Of a stretch of 41,529 nucleotides of DNA, positions 7,766-17,498 are shown one piece after another. The position numbers were made by a program, and so were the translations under genes. Every line of letters starts with the position of its first letter. Within the stretch, counting starts at the first letter, position 1. The DNA lies in the IMG/VR virus record IMGVR_UViG_3300009515_000004, positions 1 through 41,529 of that record; one strand, 5' to 3'. The notes below the pieces were generated by a model. It had not been told where the DNA came from and did not search any database. It was given only the letters and a program-made list of their open reading frames with translations. This DNA is from a virus.

Positions 7766-7838
7766 GATCCAAAGCGAGCCCGTCTCGGATTGCCCGACCG
7801 GACTCCTCTGGAGAAAGCGGTCCTGAAAGGATCTTTCC

Positions 7839-8747
7839 ATGAATGAAGCGTTTGTCGTCGTCTGTGACTCAAGAGATCGGGAGAAGTGGCTGGCTGCCAG
7901 GCAGGAGGGGGTCGGTGCCAGCGAAGCTGCAGCCGTCCTCGGCATCAGCCCGTGGGATTCGCGGCTGTCGCTGGCCGCTCGGAAGGCCGGAGCGATGGAG
8001 CCCATCGAGGACAACGAGTTCATGGCTGCCGGCCGCAGGCTCGAGCCCTTCATCGCTGAGTGGGCGTTGGAAGAGAACGAGATCAACCGGCGCGGGATGC
8101 CGTGCGGTCTGATGCTTCGCAGCATCGCGATGCCGTGGCTGTTCTGCACGCCGGACTGGTGGGTGGAGGAAGAGTACGAAGGCGAGAAGATCCGTGTCCC
8201 GCTACAGGTCAAGAACACCATGCGCGCTTCCGACTGGGATGATGGAGTGCCGGACCCGATCATGATCCAGTGCCAGACGGAGCAGATCGTCACGGGATCT
8301 CCTTGGAGCTACGCCGCTGCGTTGCTGACAGGCAACCGACTGCGATGGGTACGAGTCGATCCGAACCCTGATCTCCATGAGTCGATCATCACGAACACGA
8401 AGAAGTTCTGGGATGACCTTTCTGCTGGGAAGATCATTGATCCGGACGCCAGCAAGGCGAGCACCGATGCACTTCGTGCACTCTACCCGCAGGACAACGG
8501 CGAGACGATCGCACTCGACGGCGAGTACCTCGAGATCGCCCTGGAGATGGACGGACTCAAGCGCGAGCGGAAGGAGATCGACGAAATCATCAACCTCGGA
8601 GAGAACCGCATCAAGGCGGCGATGGGGGATGCGACGTTCGCCACGTTCCCGGACGGGAGCGGCTACACGAACAAGACACAGACGCGGAAGGAGTACGTCG
8701 TGAAGGAAACTTCATTCCGCGTGCTCCGACGAAAGGATGCGAAATGA
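7839..8747 (+). CDS. YqaJ-type viral recombinase exonuclease (lambda-Exo-like)
   Basis: N-terminal REKWLAARQEGVGASEAAAVLGISPWDS is the typical YqaJ signature. Immediately upstream of RecT with an ATGA overlap. Confidence 0.85.
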   Translation: MNEAFVVVCDSRDREKWLAARQEGVGASEAAAVLGISPWDSRLSLAARKAGAMEPIEDNEFMAAGRRLEPFIAEWALEENEINRRGMPCGLMLRSIAMPWLFCTPDWWVEEEYEGEKIRVPLQVKNTMRASDWDDGVPDPIMIQCQTEQIVTGSPWSYAAALLTGNRLRWVRVDPNPDLHESIITNTKKFWDDLSAGKIIDPDASKASTDALRALYPQDNGETIALDGEYLEIALEMDGLKRERKEIDEIINLGENRIKAAMGDATFATFPDGSGYTNKTQTRKEYVVKETSFRVLRRKDAK

Positions 8748-9568
8748 GCGAGCTGACCACGACGAAGCAGAAGGAGTACTCGATCCAGGATTACCTGATG
8801 TCTCCGACGTTCCACCGGCAGCTCGCCCTGGCCGCGCCTCGTGACGTCCAAGCGGAGCGGATGGCGAGGGCTGTACTCACCCTGGTTCGCGGCGATCCGA
8901 AGCTTGCGAGCTGCACGCCGAAGTCCCTCATGTCGGCGGCGATGTGCTGTGCGCAGACCGGGCTCGAGCCTGGGGCGCTGGGGCACGCCGCAGTGGTTCC
9001 GTACAACGGGATCGCGCAGTGGCAGGCGATGTACAAGGGGCTGCTGCACCTGATCTACAGGTCTGACAAGATCAGCGCGGTGCAGGCCGGCGTCGTGCAC
9101 GAGCTTGACGAGTTCGACTACGACGAAGGGTCGTCACCGTTCGTCCACTGGAAGCGCGGGCTTCGATCGGAGGATGAACGAGGCGATCGGATCGCAGTGT
9201 TCGCCGCGATCGTTCCAAAAGAAGGGCCGTCGATCGTTCGAATCGAGCACATTTCAGAAATCGAACGAATCCGCAAGCAGTACAGCAAGGGCAAGCGGGA
9301 TGACCGACCGTGGGTGACGGAGTACGACGAGATGGCGCGCAAGACCGTGGTCAAGCGCGCAGCCAAGCTCGCGCCGATCAGCGTCGAGATGGGGTTCGCG
9401 ATCGGCTACGACGACCTGGCCGAGGTGGGGAAACCGCAGCTTGCGTACACGGACGAGCCGAAGGTGGAGGAGTACTGCAACCTGACCGTGGGAGACACGG
9501 ACATCGCATGCTCACTCGCACCGGGGCACGAGGGAGAGTGCTCGCCTACTCCTCTTTCGGAGGAATGA
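8744..9568 (+). CDS. recT: RecT-family single-strand annealing protein
   Basis: RecT-like blocks: SLMSAAMCCAQTGLEPG, AAVVPYNG, YKGLLHLIY, MARKTVVKRAAKLAP. Paired with the exonuclease. Confidence 0.9.
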   Translation: MSELTTTKQKEYSIQDYLMSPTFHRQLALAAPRDVQAERMARAVLTLVRGDPKLASCTPKSLMSAAMCCAQTGLEPGALGHAAVVPYNGIAQWQAMYKGLLHLIYRSDKISAVQAGVVHELDEFDYDEGSSPFVHWKRGLRSEDERGDRIAVFAAIVPKEGPSIVRIEHISEIERIRKQYSKGKRDDRPWVTEYDEMARKTVVKRAAKLAPISVEMGFAIGYDDLAEVGKPQLAYTDEPKVEEYCNLTVGDTDIACSLAPGHEGECSPTPLSEE

Positions 9569-9749
9569 CCTCCTTCTTCCCCAGCCTGATGCCACACTGT
9601 CCGAACACCGGGCCGGCTTCGCACGGCACGCTGAAGTAGGGCGTCACGCTGACCAAGTTCCACTGGCAAGCTTTCAGCCCGTCGGGCGTCGGCTGCGTCA
9701 GCGGAATGAACAGCAGGCACATGCGGATGGCGTCGAAGATCGGAATCAT
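9546..9749 (-). CDS. Small Cys-containing protein with a hydrophobic N-terminus (67 aa), last gene of the late operon
   Basis: AGAGG SD 6 nt upstream. Four Cys. The 3' end overlaps the recT 3' end by 23 nt (convergent). No canonical lipobox. Confidence 0.45.
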   Translation of the reverse strand: MIPIFDAIRMCLLFIPLTQPTPDGLKACQWNLVSVTPYFSVPCEAGPVFGQCGIRLGKKEVIPPKEE

Positions 9750-9752
9750 GCT

Positions 9753-10001
9753 CTACCTCTTGGCCGACAGCGGCTCGGTGGTGCGGATGCGATTGATGAC
9801 CGTCACGATGGCGTTCAGGATTGTCGCCACCGGCACGGCGTACTCTGGCGGCAGCATCTCGGCCATATGCGCCGCGCCAATGGCGGCGTTGACGATCAGG
9901 CCCCAGCGGATCGTGCGGCTCTTCAGCCATTGCTTCAGGATGACCAACGGTAGTTCCCCCTTCGGTGCGCGCGCGCGGCGCTCTTTGGCGGTCTGCTTCA
10001 T
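9753..10001 (-). CDS. Two-TM small membrane protein (82 aa), holin candidate
   Basis: ATGA overlap with the upstream gene. Basic N-terminus, then two hydrophobic segments: WGLIVNAAIGAAHMAEML and VPVATILNAIVTVI. Confidence 0.55.
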   Translation of the reverse strand: MKQTAKERRARAPKGELPLVILKQWLKSRTIRWGLIVNAAIGAAHMAEMLPPEYAVPVATILNAIVTVINRIRTTEPLSAKR

Positions 10002-10621
10002 TCGGGCACCAACCTTTCGATCTCGTCAATGCGGCTCGCCGGCCCGAAGGCTTCGCGGGTCAGGCTGTTCATTTCAGCCTGCAATGCGCTGAGCTTCGTG
10101 GCTGTGCTCGCCTCCAGGTTCTGGAGCCGGTTGCGGGACTCGATGCGCTCGCTCCGGTTGCGCTCCAGCGACGCGTGGATGTTGCTCAGCTCGCTGCCCG
10201 CGTTCGGGTGCCACGGCTCCAGGTTGTGGCGGCGGGTTACTTCAGCGAGTGTAATAATGCTCTTCTCGTTCCTTGCGATGTCCTTGTTCGCAACGGCGAA
10301 CAGGAAATAGACCAGTGTCGCCGCCATGCCGACAAGTGGCACGGCCACACCGATCGCGGACAAGATGACCGGCCAGCTCGTCTCTCCACTTCGCGAGATG
10401 CGCTCGGACAAGTCGAGATGTGACTCGGCAATCCGCGCGCTGAGGTCGGTCGTGGTCTGCGCCATCCGGTCGGATACCAGCCGGATGTTGTCGCGCGTTT
10501 CAGTCGCCAATGCGCCCAGCGACTTGGCAACGTCGCGTACCTCCTGCTGCGTCTGCTCGAGCCCAACGGTAAGCTCTTCGATCGTGATGCGGTGATTTCC
10601 ATCCGGCTTCGCCTGCGGCAA
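9998..10621 (-). CDS. Membrane-anchored coiled-coil protein (207 aa, TTG start)
   Basis: GGTGGAG SD 7 nt before the TTG. A central TM (WPVILSAIGVAVPLVGMAATLVYFLFAVA) is flanked by heptad-like segments. Confidence 0.6.
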   Translation of the reverse strand: MPQAKPDGNHRITIEELTVGLEQTQQEVRDVAKSLGALATETRDNIRLVSDRMAQTTTDLSARIAESHLDLSERISRSGETSWPVILSAIGVAVPLVGMAATLVYFLFAVANKDIARNEKSIITLAEVTRRHNLEPWHPNAGSELSNIHASLERNRSERIESRNRLQNLEASTATKLSALQAEMNSLTREAFGPASRIDEIERLVPE

Positions 10622-10636
10622 TTTACCACTCCACCA

Positions 10637-12289
10637 TCAATCAAACCTTCCCCGGTCGTCGTGCCAGCCGAGAGTCACGACCGTTATCTGAGTAGATGCG
10701 TCGTTCAATGAGCGGCACCTGATTTCCCTGTCAGCGTCTGTTCTGATGGAGATCTCTGCTCCGACGTCGATGCTCGTAGCGGAGAAGAAAGAAAGATGCG
10801 CCAACGGGGCTGCTGTCTGGGAAGGGGAAGCGCTTGTCGTCGCAGTCTCCGTGAATACCACAAGACCCGGTGCTCCGCTCAACGTACCGTTCTCGTTCAC
10901 CATTAGCTGAGTTCGAAGAGACGGAGGGCTGTATGTGAGGGCGATGTCTACCCCGGCTGTGTAATCGGCTGTGTTGGTGAACGACACGATTGGAACGACC
11001 CATCTGAAGTCATCACCATCCTGAAGGAAGTCGAGCATCGACGCTGAGTCGTGCACCCATCCGATTCTTCGGAAGTACGTCCAGTCGGTAAGCTCTGCCG
11101 CGGCCTGGCCGTTCGTGAAGTCAGCGTCATCGTCGAATGCAATTTCGGTTGTCCCGTCTGCCTTCGCAATCAGGAATACACCGTACCATCCGAGGTTCGC
11201 AGCGACGCCGGATACGCGGCCACCTAGCCCATCTCCTTCGACCCACGGATTGCCTGCGCTGATGTCCTTCGTCAGTGCGCTATTCAGTCTCGCATTGATC
11301 AGCGACGGATCCGATGCGTCTCCGATACGAGCTTCACCAGTACCGACTGTCAATATTGAAGCCGAAGTCCGAGTGAGCTGGAGCCCGCCGATGGATCCTC
11401 GAGCCCATGGCGCTTCGATCGGAACGAGGTTCGCCACAGGGTGTGCATCTCTGAGCAGCACGTTCTGGTCGGTGTCGAGATAGATCCTTCCTGCCGTAGC
11501 TGCGGCGGCAGCGGGCAGTGATGCCGTGGCGAACTGAGCGATGTTCTGTTCTGTCCATGTGGTTCCGTTCGAGTACCACAGCCGACCTTCATCGTTTGAG
11601 AAGAACAGTCCGATCCCAAACGCGGCCGCAGCCGGTCGGTTTACATCAATCGCCACGCGGATCTCATCCACGTTGCCGGCGTTGTGCGGGGCTTCCAGCC
11701 TGGACGGCCCTCGCATTTGCGCAAACGTGTCTGCCACGAGCAACGCGCCGTCGCCCGAAACCGTCGTCGCTCCGCTGATTGCCGTCGTTGCGATGGACAC
11801 GGAACCATCCGCTGCAAACGTCAGATACCCGCTTGCTCGCGTCACCTTGTCAGGCAGCTCGAGACTCGGGTAGCCGTCGTCCGTGTCGCGGTCGGTAGAA
11901 GGCTGGCGGATGTACCGCTCTTCCTTGCCGTTGTACTCCTGGGTGAGCATGACCAGTCGATCGAGAGCGTTCTCGACGGAAGCTGCCGGGAACTCCTGGC
12001 TCGGCGTGAGATCGACCTGCTGCGTCTGATCCGTGACGCGGTCGATGTGGACCTCTTCTCCGCTCGCCGGGATGGAAGCCGCCACGAACGTGACTCGCCC
12101 GGTGCTCCCGTTTCCGCCCGTCACCGTGTAGTCAGTCGTTTCAACCTGGACAACATCGACACCCGTAGCAACCGTGCGGATCGTGACGACGATCTCGTCC
12201 GAATCGAAGAACTCGAACGACGTATCGAAGTCCGTCGTGGATCCGTTCCCGTCGAACGTGTCACGAATCGTCGTGGTAGTGACTGTCAT
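10637..12289 (-). CDS. Tail fibre / receptor-binding protein
   Basis: N-terminus FDGNGSTTDFDTSFEFFDSDEIVVT...TDYTVTG...IDRVTDQTQQVDL...ALDRLVMLTQE is the common phage tail-fibre N-terminal module. It occupies the position after the internal-core genes, as T7 gp17 does. ATGA-coupled. Confidence 0.75.
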   Translation of the reverse strand: MTVTTTTIRDTFDGNGSTTDFDTSFEFFDSDEIVVTIRTVATGVDVVQVETTDYTVTGGNGSTGRVTFVAASIPASGEEVHIDRVTDQTQQVDLTPSQEFPAASVENALDRLVMLTQEYNGKEERYIRQPSTDRDTDDGYPSLELPDKVTRASGYLTFAADGSVSIATTAISGATTVSGDGALLVADTFAQMRGPSRLEAPHNAGNVDEIRVAIDVNRPAAAAFGIGLFFSNDEGRLWYSNGTTWTEQNIAQFATASLPAAAAATAGRIYLDTDQNVLLRDAHPVANLVPIEAPWARGSIGGLQLTRTSASILTVGTGEARIGDASDPSLINARLNSALTKDISAGNPWVEGDGLGGRVSGVAANLGWYGVFLIAKADGTTEIAFDDDADFTNGQAAAELTDWTYFRRIGWVHDSASMLDFLQDGDDFRWVVPIVSFTNTADYTAGVDIALTYSPPSLRTQLMVNENGTLSGAPGLVVFTETATTSASPSQTAAPLAHLSFFSATSIDVGAEISIRTDADREIRCRSLNDASTQITVVTLGWHDDRGRFD

Positions 12290-15200
12290 CTCGGCCCCAC
12301 TTTCAGTGTCTTGATCCGTTCGCGCTCATCGGCAACGAACTGCCGAAATGCGTCGAGCCCATCCACGTCGGGAATCTCACCCCTCTCCAGCTCAACGCGA
12401 GCAGCCTGACGGTAGACCGAGACGGCTGCCTTGATCATATCGGCCCGGTTACCCTCCGGCCCATCCGTCATCCTCTCGGAGAGGTATCGCCTACCGGCGC
12501 GGCCCTTCCCCTGCACCATATCGTTCAGATTCTCGATCAGTGTCTTCCCCTTGATCGGCAAACGATTCCCAGCGAGCTCGGCGTACAGCTCATAGACACG
12601 CGGGAACGAGCGAAGGTTCACGCTGACGCCGCCAGGGAACTCGACGATCTTCGGAACGCGCGGGATTCCAAGCTTCAATCGGACCATCTCGTGGTCGATT
12701 GGGAAGCCCTGCTCCTCCGTGACTCGCACCGGAGAGAGCACATCGAAGAGGGTTCCGTGGACGGCATCGTCCTGGATCGGGAATCCCCAGAGATCCAGCC
12801 GCCTGGGCAGCGACTTCTCCAGCTCTGGGATCATTGCCAGAACGCCCTCGTAGATCGAGAGAACCTCTGGCCTTGTCACGTCCGTTGCCTGGACACCGGT
12901 ACGCAGCAACGTAGACATCGGAAGTGCGCTCTGAAGTGTCTTCTGGACGAACGCTGCGCCGTACCGATCGCTGTCCTGCATCGCCATTACGAAGTTCGAG
13001 AGCCCTGTCAGGTAGGTCTTGTCGAGCCCCGTCTCGGCTGCGGCCAGGACGAAGGCTGCCAAAACTTCTGACGCCTGCTCCATCGAATCCGGATCGTCAA
13101 TATCTCGCGTCTTGAATACTTCTCCCATCTTTGCAGCGATACCAAGCTGCATCCCCATCGGATCGAGACGGTTGTAGCTGTACCACCTGTTTCCGATCTT
13201 CACGCTGTTGGGCTGCCAGCCAGTTCGACGCAACGCTTCGCGCCTGTCCATGTCACTCGGACCATCTCCGGTGATCGTTCCGGACCATGCAAGATCCATG
13301 AACAGCATCGCCGCTGCGGTTCCGGCTCCGAGACGAGCGAGTGCGATGTCCTTCTCCGCACCCGTTCCTCGGAACACCGCGTCACGCCAGGCCGGAACGA
13401 TCGGAGCGAGTGGGCTGTTCTCCAGCGAGTAGCGAACGATGTTGTCCACGACACGCATGAAAGGAACCAATAGAAATGACGGATTGTACGTCCCCCAATC
13501 CCTGAAACGGATCAGATGTGACGTTCCTTCTGACGGTGCCCTCGTCAGTGTCTGGTAGAGCGCAGCGTCGGCGGCCTCGAGGCGGATCGACTGCGGAGGA
13601 TTATCCAGGATCTCCTTGAACGCCGTCATGATCTCGTCTGGCGTCCCACCACGCTTCGACGCCATGCGCCATGCCTGCGCGTATAGCTCACCGCTGTATC
13701 CGACGATCTTGAAGAGTGAGTCGCCTGCCTGAAGCAACGATCCAGGAGTCCTGGTGAGGTGCCCCATGAAGTTCAAGAATGCAGCGCCTGGAGAATTCTG
13801 GATGTTGAAGTTGTCGGTTGAGATCGCTTGGCGTGGTGCCTGTCCACGCATCCTGCTTGACGAATCGACGTTGAACTTTCCAGAAGTTCCTCCTGGGATA
13901 AGACCCAGAATCTCCTGCCTCGCGTTCTTGTGCTGCCCCGTCACGCTCAGAGACGTGCGGATCCCGGCGAGATCACCCATCAGCATCGCCCACGCCTCGC
14001 CAGGCATCACGTTATCGCCAGTGACGCTGCCCATCGCCTGACGCGTCTTCACGGCGAGCTGCCTGATCATAAGCGCGTGCGTGGAAAGGATCGCGTTGCT
14101 CGCGAAGTTGACGAGATGTGTCTTCGGACTCCATAGCAATCCGTTGACGAACGCCTCCTTGACCGCAGCCATCGTCCGCGCGCCGAATCCGAGTCGGGCC
14201 ACCTGATTGATGGCACCCGGTGACATGTCGGAAGCGAGAAGATCTCGCATTCGAATCGCCAGGGCTTGCGACACCTCAGCTTCTCCGAACTGCTGCATCA
14301 TCGTCATGGCAATACGGGTGCGCTCGATGTCTCCGGCAGATGCGGGAATGTTGAACGATTGAAGAGCGCGTCCGGCCTCCGCCCTCATGCCGAGGACTTG
14401 GTTGTTGATGGCGGAGAACACGGCGAGCGCTTTCCTGAACTTGAACTGATCCAGAATACCTGCATTCGGTGCCGCGGCTTTCTCCGCGAAGCCCATGAGT
14501 GATTCGGCCGAAGCCACCCAGATTCTGCGCGCCGCTACGGCCTGCTCGGCATTGAGCGCGGTTCCTGTCCGCCTGGAAAGCAGGGCTTCCGGCGTAACCC
14601 CGAGTCGCTCGGCCTCCGCCAGCGTCTTCCTGTTCGATCGCGTGCCTCGGCGAGCTCGATTCACCGCCGACAGCGTGATGTCCGTTACCTCCTGCATCAG
14701 CTCGGCGATGTCTTCTTCGGTGTCGATACGGGCGAGGTTGATGTCTACGACCGTCGCCTCGGCAGCCGCTCGCATCTGGAGTTCCTGCGGATCCATGTCC
14801 GGGAAATCACGCTCCAGCCTGCGCATCGCCTTGTCGATCGCATTGAACGACTTCTCTTCAACCGTGAGGCGCGGTGCGCCAGGATCTCCGAGGGCAAGCT
14901 CCTGCTCTGTGAAAAGTCGCTTCTTCAAAAGAAGCTCTGCATTCGACATCGGAAGGTCTTTGATGCGCTGCGGTTCTCCTCGCCTCGATGCGAGTCTGGC
15001 ATTGCGAAACGCCTTGAGCATGATGAATCCGCCATCGACGGCCATGCCGAACACGGCCTCGCTGAGCGCGCTCTTCAGCCTCGCCTCCATCCGCGCATCC
15101 GGCGCAGGGCTGTTGAGGTAATCCATCACTGGATCCTTCAGCTTCGGATGGGTCTTGAGGAAAGCGTTCAGATCCTCCTCGGTCTGATCGACGGTGACAA

Positions 15201-15873
15201 AGCCTGCAATCGCCCCGGCGATGTTCGGCTGAACGATGTGCTCTGCAATCTGCCCGCTAATCCCAAGCCCCTGACGCAGCTTTGATAGCTGCCCCATCAC
15301 GGGCAACATGGCCGACATGAATTCCGTCGTCGATCGGGCCATCTCGCCGCCAAGCGTGCGGGCGGGTTCCGGTGTCTTCGACTCGATCCAGTCAGCGATG
15401 CTGCCGGCCAGCGTCGGCTCTGTGGACGGAGCCTCCGAAACGGCACCAAGCCTTCTCGCGAAATCGGTCTGCTGGAACTGGTCCGCCCAGACGTTGAAGT
15501 CATCGACCATCTGGAAGGCAGATGACGCGAACTCCATCGGACCCGCAACGGCACCCTGCATCATATAGTCGCCAGTCAGAAGTCCGCTCTTCGCATCGCG
15601 CGCAACCACGCCGGCGACACTACCCACCGCTTCGTTCTCGGAACGCACGTTCTCGAGAACATCGCGCAGCGTTCCGTCGAACCCGCCGATTTCAATCGTC
15701 TTCCTGGCTGGAGCTTGCGGCAACACCTCGCCGCCGGCCGGAGGCAGTGGCTGCTGATCCGGATTCGCCGCGCGACGCTCAGCGTTGCGCTCAAAGAAAT
15801 CACGGAGATACTTCTCGTTCTCCGTCTCCTCCTGGAGAGCACCGTACTCGTCGCCGAAATCGAGATCGCTCAT
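12286..15873 (-). CDS. Large internal virion / ejection protein (T7 gp16 position, 1195 aa)
   Basis: Assigned by size and synteny only. No transglycosylase motif seen. ATGA-coupled on both sides. Confidence 0.7.
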   Translation of the reverse strand: MSDLDFGDEYGALQEETENEKYLRDFFERNAERRAANPDQQPLPPAGGEVLPQAPARKTIEIGGFDGTLRDVLENVRSENEAVGSVAGVVARDAKSGLLTGDYMMQGAVAGPMEFASSAFQMVDDFNVWADQFQQTDFARRLGAVSEAPSTEPTLAGSIADWIESKTPEPARTLGGEMARSTTEFMSAMLPVMGQLSKLRQGLGISGQIAEHIVQPNIAGAIAGFVTVDQTEEDLNAFLKTHPKLKDPVMDYLNSPAPDARMEARLKSALSEAVFGMAVDGGFIMLKAFRNARLASRRGEPQRIKDLPMSNAELLLKKRLFTEQELALGDPGAPRLTVEEKSFNAIDKAMRRLERDFPDMDPQELQMRAAAEATVVDINLARIDTEEDIAELMQEVTDITLSAVNRARRGTRSNRKTLAEAERLGVTPEALLSRRTGTALNAEQAVAARRIWVASAESLMGFAEKAAAPNAGILDQFKFRKALAVFSAINNQVLGMRAEAGRALQSFNIPASAGDIERTRIAMTMMQQFGEAEVSQALAIRMRDLLASDMSPGAINQVARLGFGARTMAAVKEAFVNGLLWSPKTHLVNFASNAILSTHALMIRQLAVKTRQAMGSVTGDNVMPGEAWAMLMGDLAGIRTSLSVTGQHKNARQEILGLIPGGTSGKFNVDSSSRMRGQAPRQAISTDNFNIQNSPGAAFLNFMGHLTRTPGSLLQAGDSLFKIVGYSGELYAQAWRMASKRGGTPDEIMTAFKEILDNPPQSIRLEAADAALYQTLTRAPSEGTSHLIRFRDWGTYNPSFLLVPFMRVVDNIVRYSLENSPLAPIVPAWRDAVFRGTGAEKDIALARLGAGTAAAMLFMDLAWSGTITGDGPSDMDRREALRRTGWQPNSVKIGNRWYSYNRLDPMGMQLGIAAKMGEVFKTRDIDDPDSMEQASEVLAAFVLAAAETGLDKTYLTGLSNFVMAMQDSDRYGAAFVQKTLQSALPMSTLLRTGVQATDVTRPEVLSIYEGVLAMIPELEKSLPRRLDLWGFPIQDDAVHGTLFDVLSPVRVTEEQGFPIDHEMVRLKLGIPRVPKIVEFPGGVSVNLRSFPRVYELYAELAGNRLPIKGKTLIENLNDMVQGKGRAGRRYLSERMTDGPEGNRADMIKAAVSVYRQAARVELERGEIPDVDGLDAFRQFVADERERIKTLKVGPR

Positions 15874-17498
15874 TGATTCACATTCGCCTTCGGTCGGATC
15901 GCGGAGGCAGCCGAAGCCTTTTCAATCGCCAGACGGTACACGTCAAGAAGCCTCGCCTCTTCGGCTGCAGCCTGAAAAGTGATGATCCCTGCTCTCGCGT
16001 CGCGCTCGAGATAGTCGGCGATCGTGTTGATAGTGGTCAGTGTCAGATCAGAACGTGATCCACGATACCCGTAGGGAAGCCGCAAGGAATTGAGGTCGTT
16101 CAGAATTTCCTGGTTCCCGTACTCCTCTATCAACCGATCTCCCATTGACTTGATGGTTTGGTAGTCAGCGTCTTGGTTGTTCGCGAACCACTCGTCGAAT
16201 TGGGAGACTGCGTTCGTGGAACGAATGAAAGATGACTGGGCCATTTCCGCTGTCAGGTACGAGATGTACTCAGGCGGGAATGCTTTCACGTTGTTGTAGA
16301 CACGCTTCCGTTGTGAGGCGTACGGAGAAGGACCCCTGTTGTACCCGTCCAGAGATCTCGCAATGGCTGCCTGTCGATTCGATTCTGCTGTGATTTGCCC
16401 TTCGAACCCTGAAAAAGCGCCGTCTTTGATCCTTTGATCAGCGTACGCCTTTGCATTGACTCGGCGCGCTTCATCGAGACGACCTTCGTTGATCAGGCCC
16501 TGGATGAAAATCATCGTCTCTCGATCGTTGGGCGTCGCTCCCTCTTTCAGCTTCCCGAAGATGGTGTTCACACCGGATGCGGAAAGCCTGGGGGCATCGG
16601 CCTGTAGCTCGTTGAAGCCATACGCATCGTTGGGATCTGCGATTCTGACAAGCGCGTTCTTCAGCGTTTCACTTTGGATAGCGGTCTGTTGCGCTGCGGC
16701 CCTTCTCTCTGATTCGTTTTCCAGTGCAATCACACGCCGGTTCGCGACATCAACGAATTGAGCCGCCATGATCGGATCGAGGCTGGAGAACTCCGGGTCG
16801 TTCTCATCAATGCGGGCCAGGAAATCGAATGGGTCTTCGGTGATCGCCGTCCGCGCGGCAGCGTTGGCGACGTTGTCCCGCCACTTGGCGAAACGGGCTT
16901 CTCCTTGTTCTGGCGTCAGGTGTCCCTGATCCACTGAGAACTGAATCCGCCTGATCGCATCGGCTTCGACGTTCGACTTCTGCTCCGCATCGAGGCCGAG
17001 TGCATACGCGCGCGCGTCTTCGAACAGTGCGCCGTCGAGATCGGCAACAACGTCCTTGGCGCGCATCGAGGATGCCGCCATTCCAATCGTTCGGCGTGCC
17101 TGTTCGTATCGGTTCTGAGCGTTCGCCGTGACGACGTCGCGGACATCGCCGTTCGAGATCGTGTCGAGAACGCCCTGGATGTGCTCGGCGGCTCGCAGGT
17201 TGAACTCGCCAGGGAACTGCTGGTAGTCATTCCGGCCGCGCATCTCGACTTCGAGATCGTTCAGGCCGGCATTGATCGCCGCGTCCGCCCGGTTCATCTC
17301 CTGCGTCTGCTCGCGCTTGATCTCCTGGAGCGAGAACTGCGCTGCGGCATCGGCTAGCGCAGCGACGCCCTGCTGAACCGAGGCACCCGCTGCAGCCTGC
17401 GCGCGGGCAGCCGCGAAGCCGCCAGAGCCGGCCAGGGCTGCCGAGGGCTGCGTGGGAACGGGTGTGAGAGCCGTGTCTCGTGTGGGTACTTGCGGCAT
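15870..17498 (-). CDS. Internal virion protein (T7 gp15 position, 542 aa)
   Basis: Assigned by synteny and a helical, Ala/Gln-rich composition. The start overlaps the upstream stop by 1 nt. Confidence 0.65.
   Translation of the reverse strand: MPQVPTRDTALTPVPTQPSAALAGSGGFAAARAQAAAGASVQQGVAALADAAAQFSLQEIKREQTQEMNRADAAINAGLNDLEVEMRGRNDYQQFPGEFNLRAAEHIQGVLDTISNGDVRDVVTANAQNRYEQARRTIGMAASSMRAKDVVADLDGALFEDARAYALGLDAEQKSNVEADAIRRIQFSVDQGHLTPEQGEARFAKWRDNVANAAARTAITEDPFDFLARIDENDPEFSSLDPIMAAQFVDVANRRVIALENESERRAAAQQTAIQSETLKNALVRIADPNDAYGFNELQADAPRLSASGVNTIFGKLKEGATPNDRETMIFIQGLINEGRLDEARRVNAKAYADQRIKDGAFSGFEGQITAESNRQAAIARSLDGYNRGPSPYASQRKRVYNNVKAFPPEYISYLTAEMAQSSFIRSTNAVSQFDEWFANNQDADYQTIKSMGDRLIEEYGNQEILNDLNSLRLPYGYRGSRSDLTLTTINTIADYLERDARAGIITFQAAAEEARLLDVYRLAIEKASAASAIRPKANVNQ

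Noticed and set aside
7628-7846. 72-aa plus-strand ORF in the switch region
   Set aside because: It has no SD and a basic/Pro-rich composition, and it overlaps the exonuclease start. It cannot be fully excluded as a small Cys-containing regulator.
10637-12289. Diversity-generating retroelement targeting the tail fibre (as in BPP-1-type phages)
   Set aside because: There is no reverse transcriptase gene anywhere in the window, and I saw no template/variable repeat pair near the fibre 3' end.
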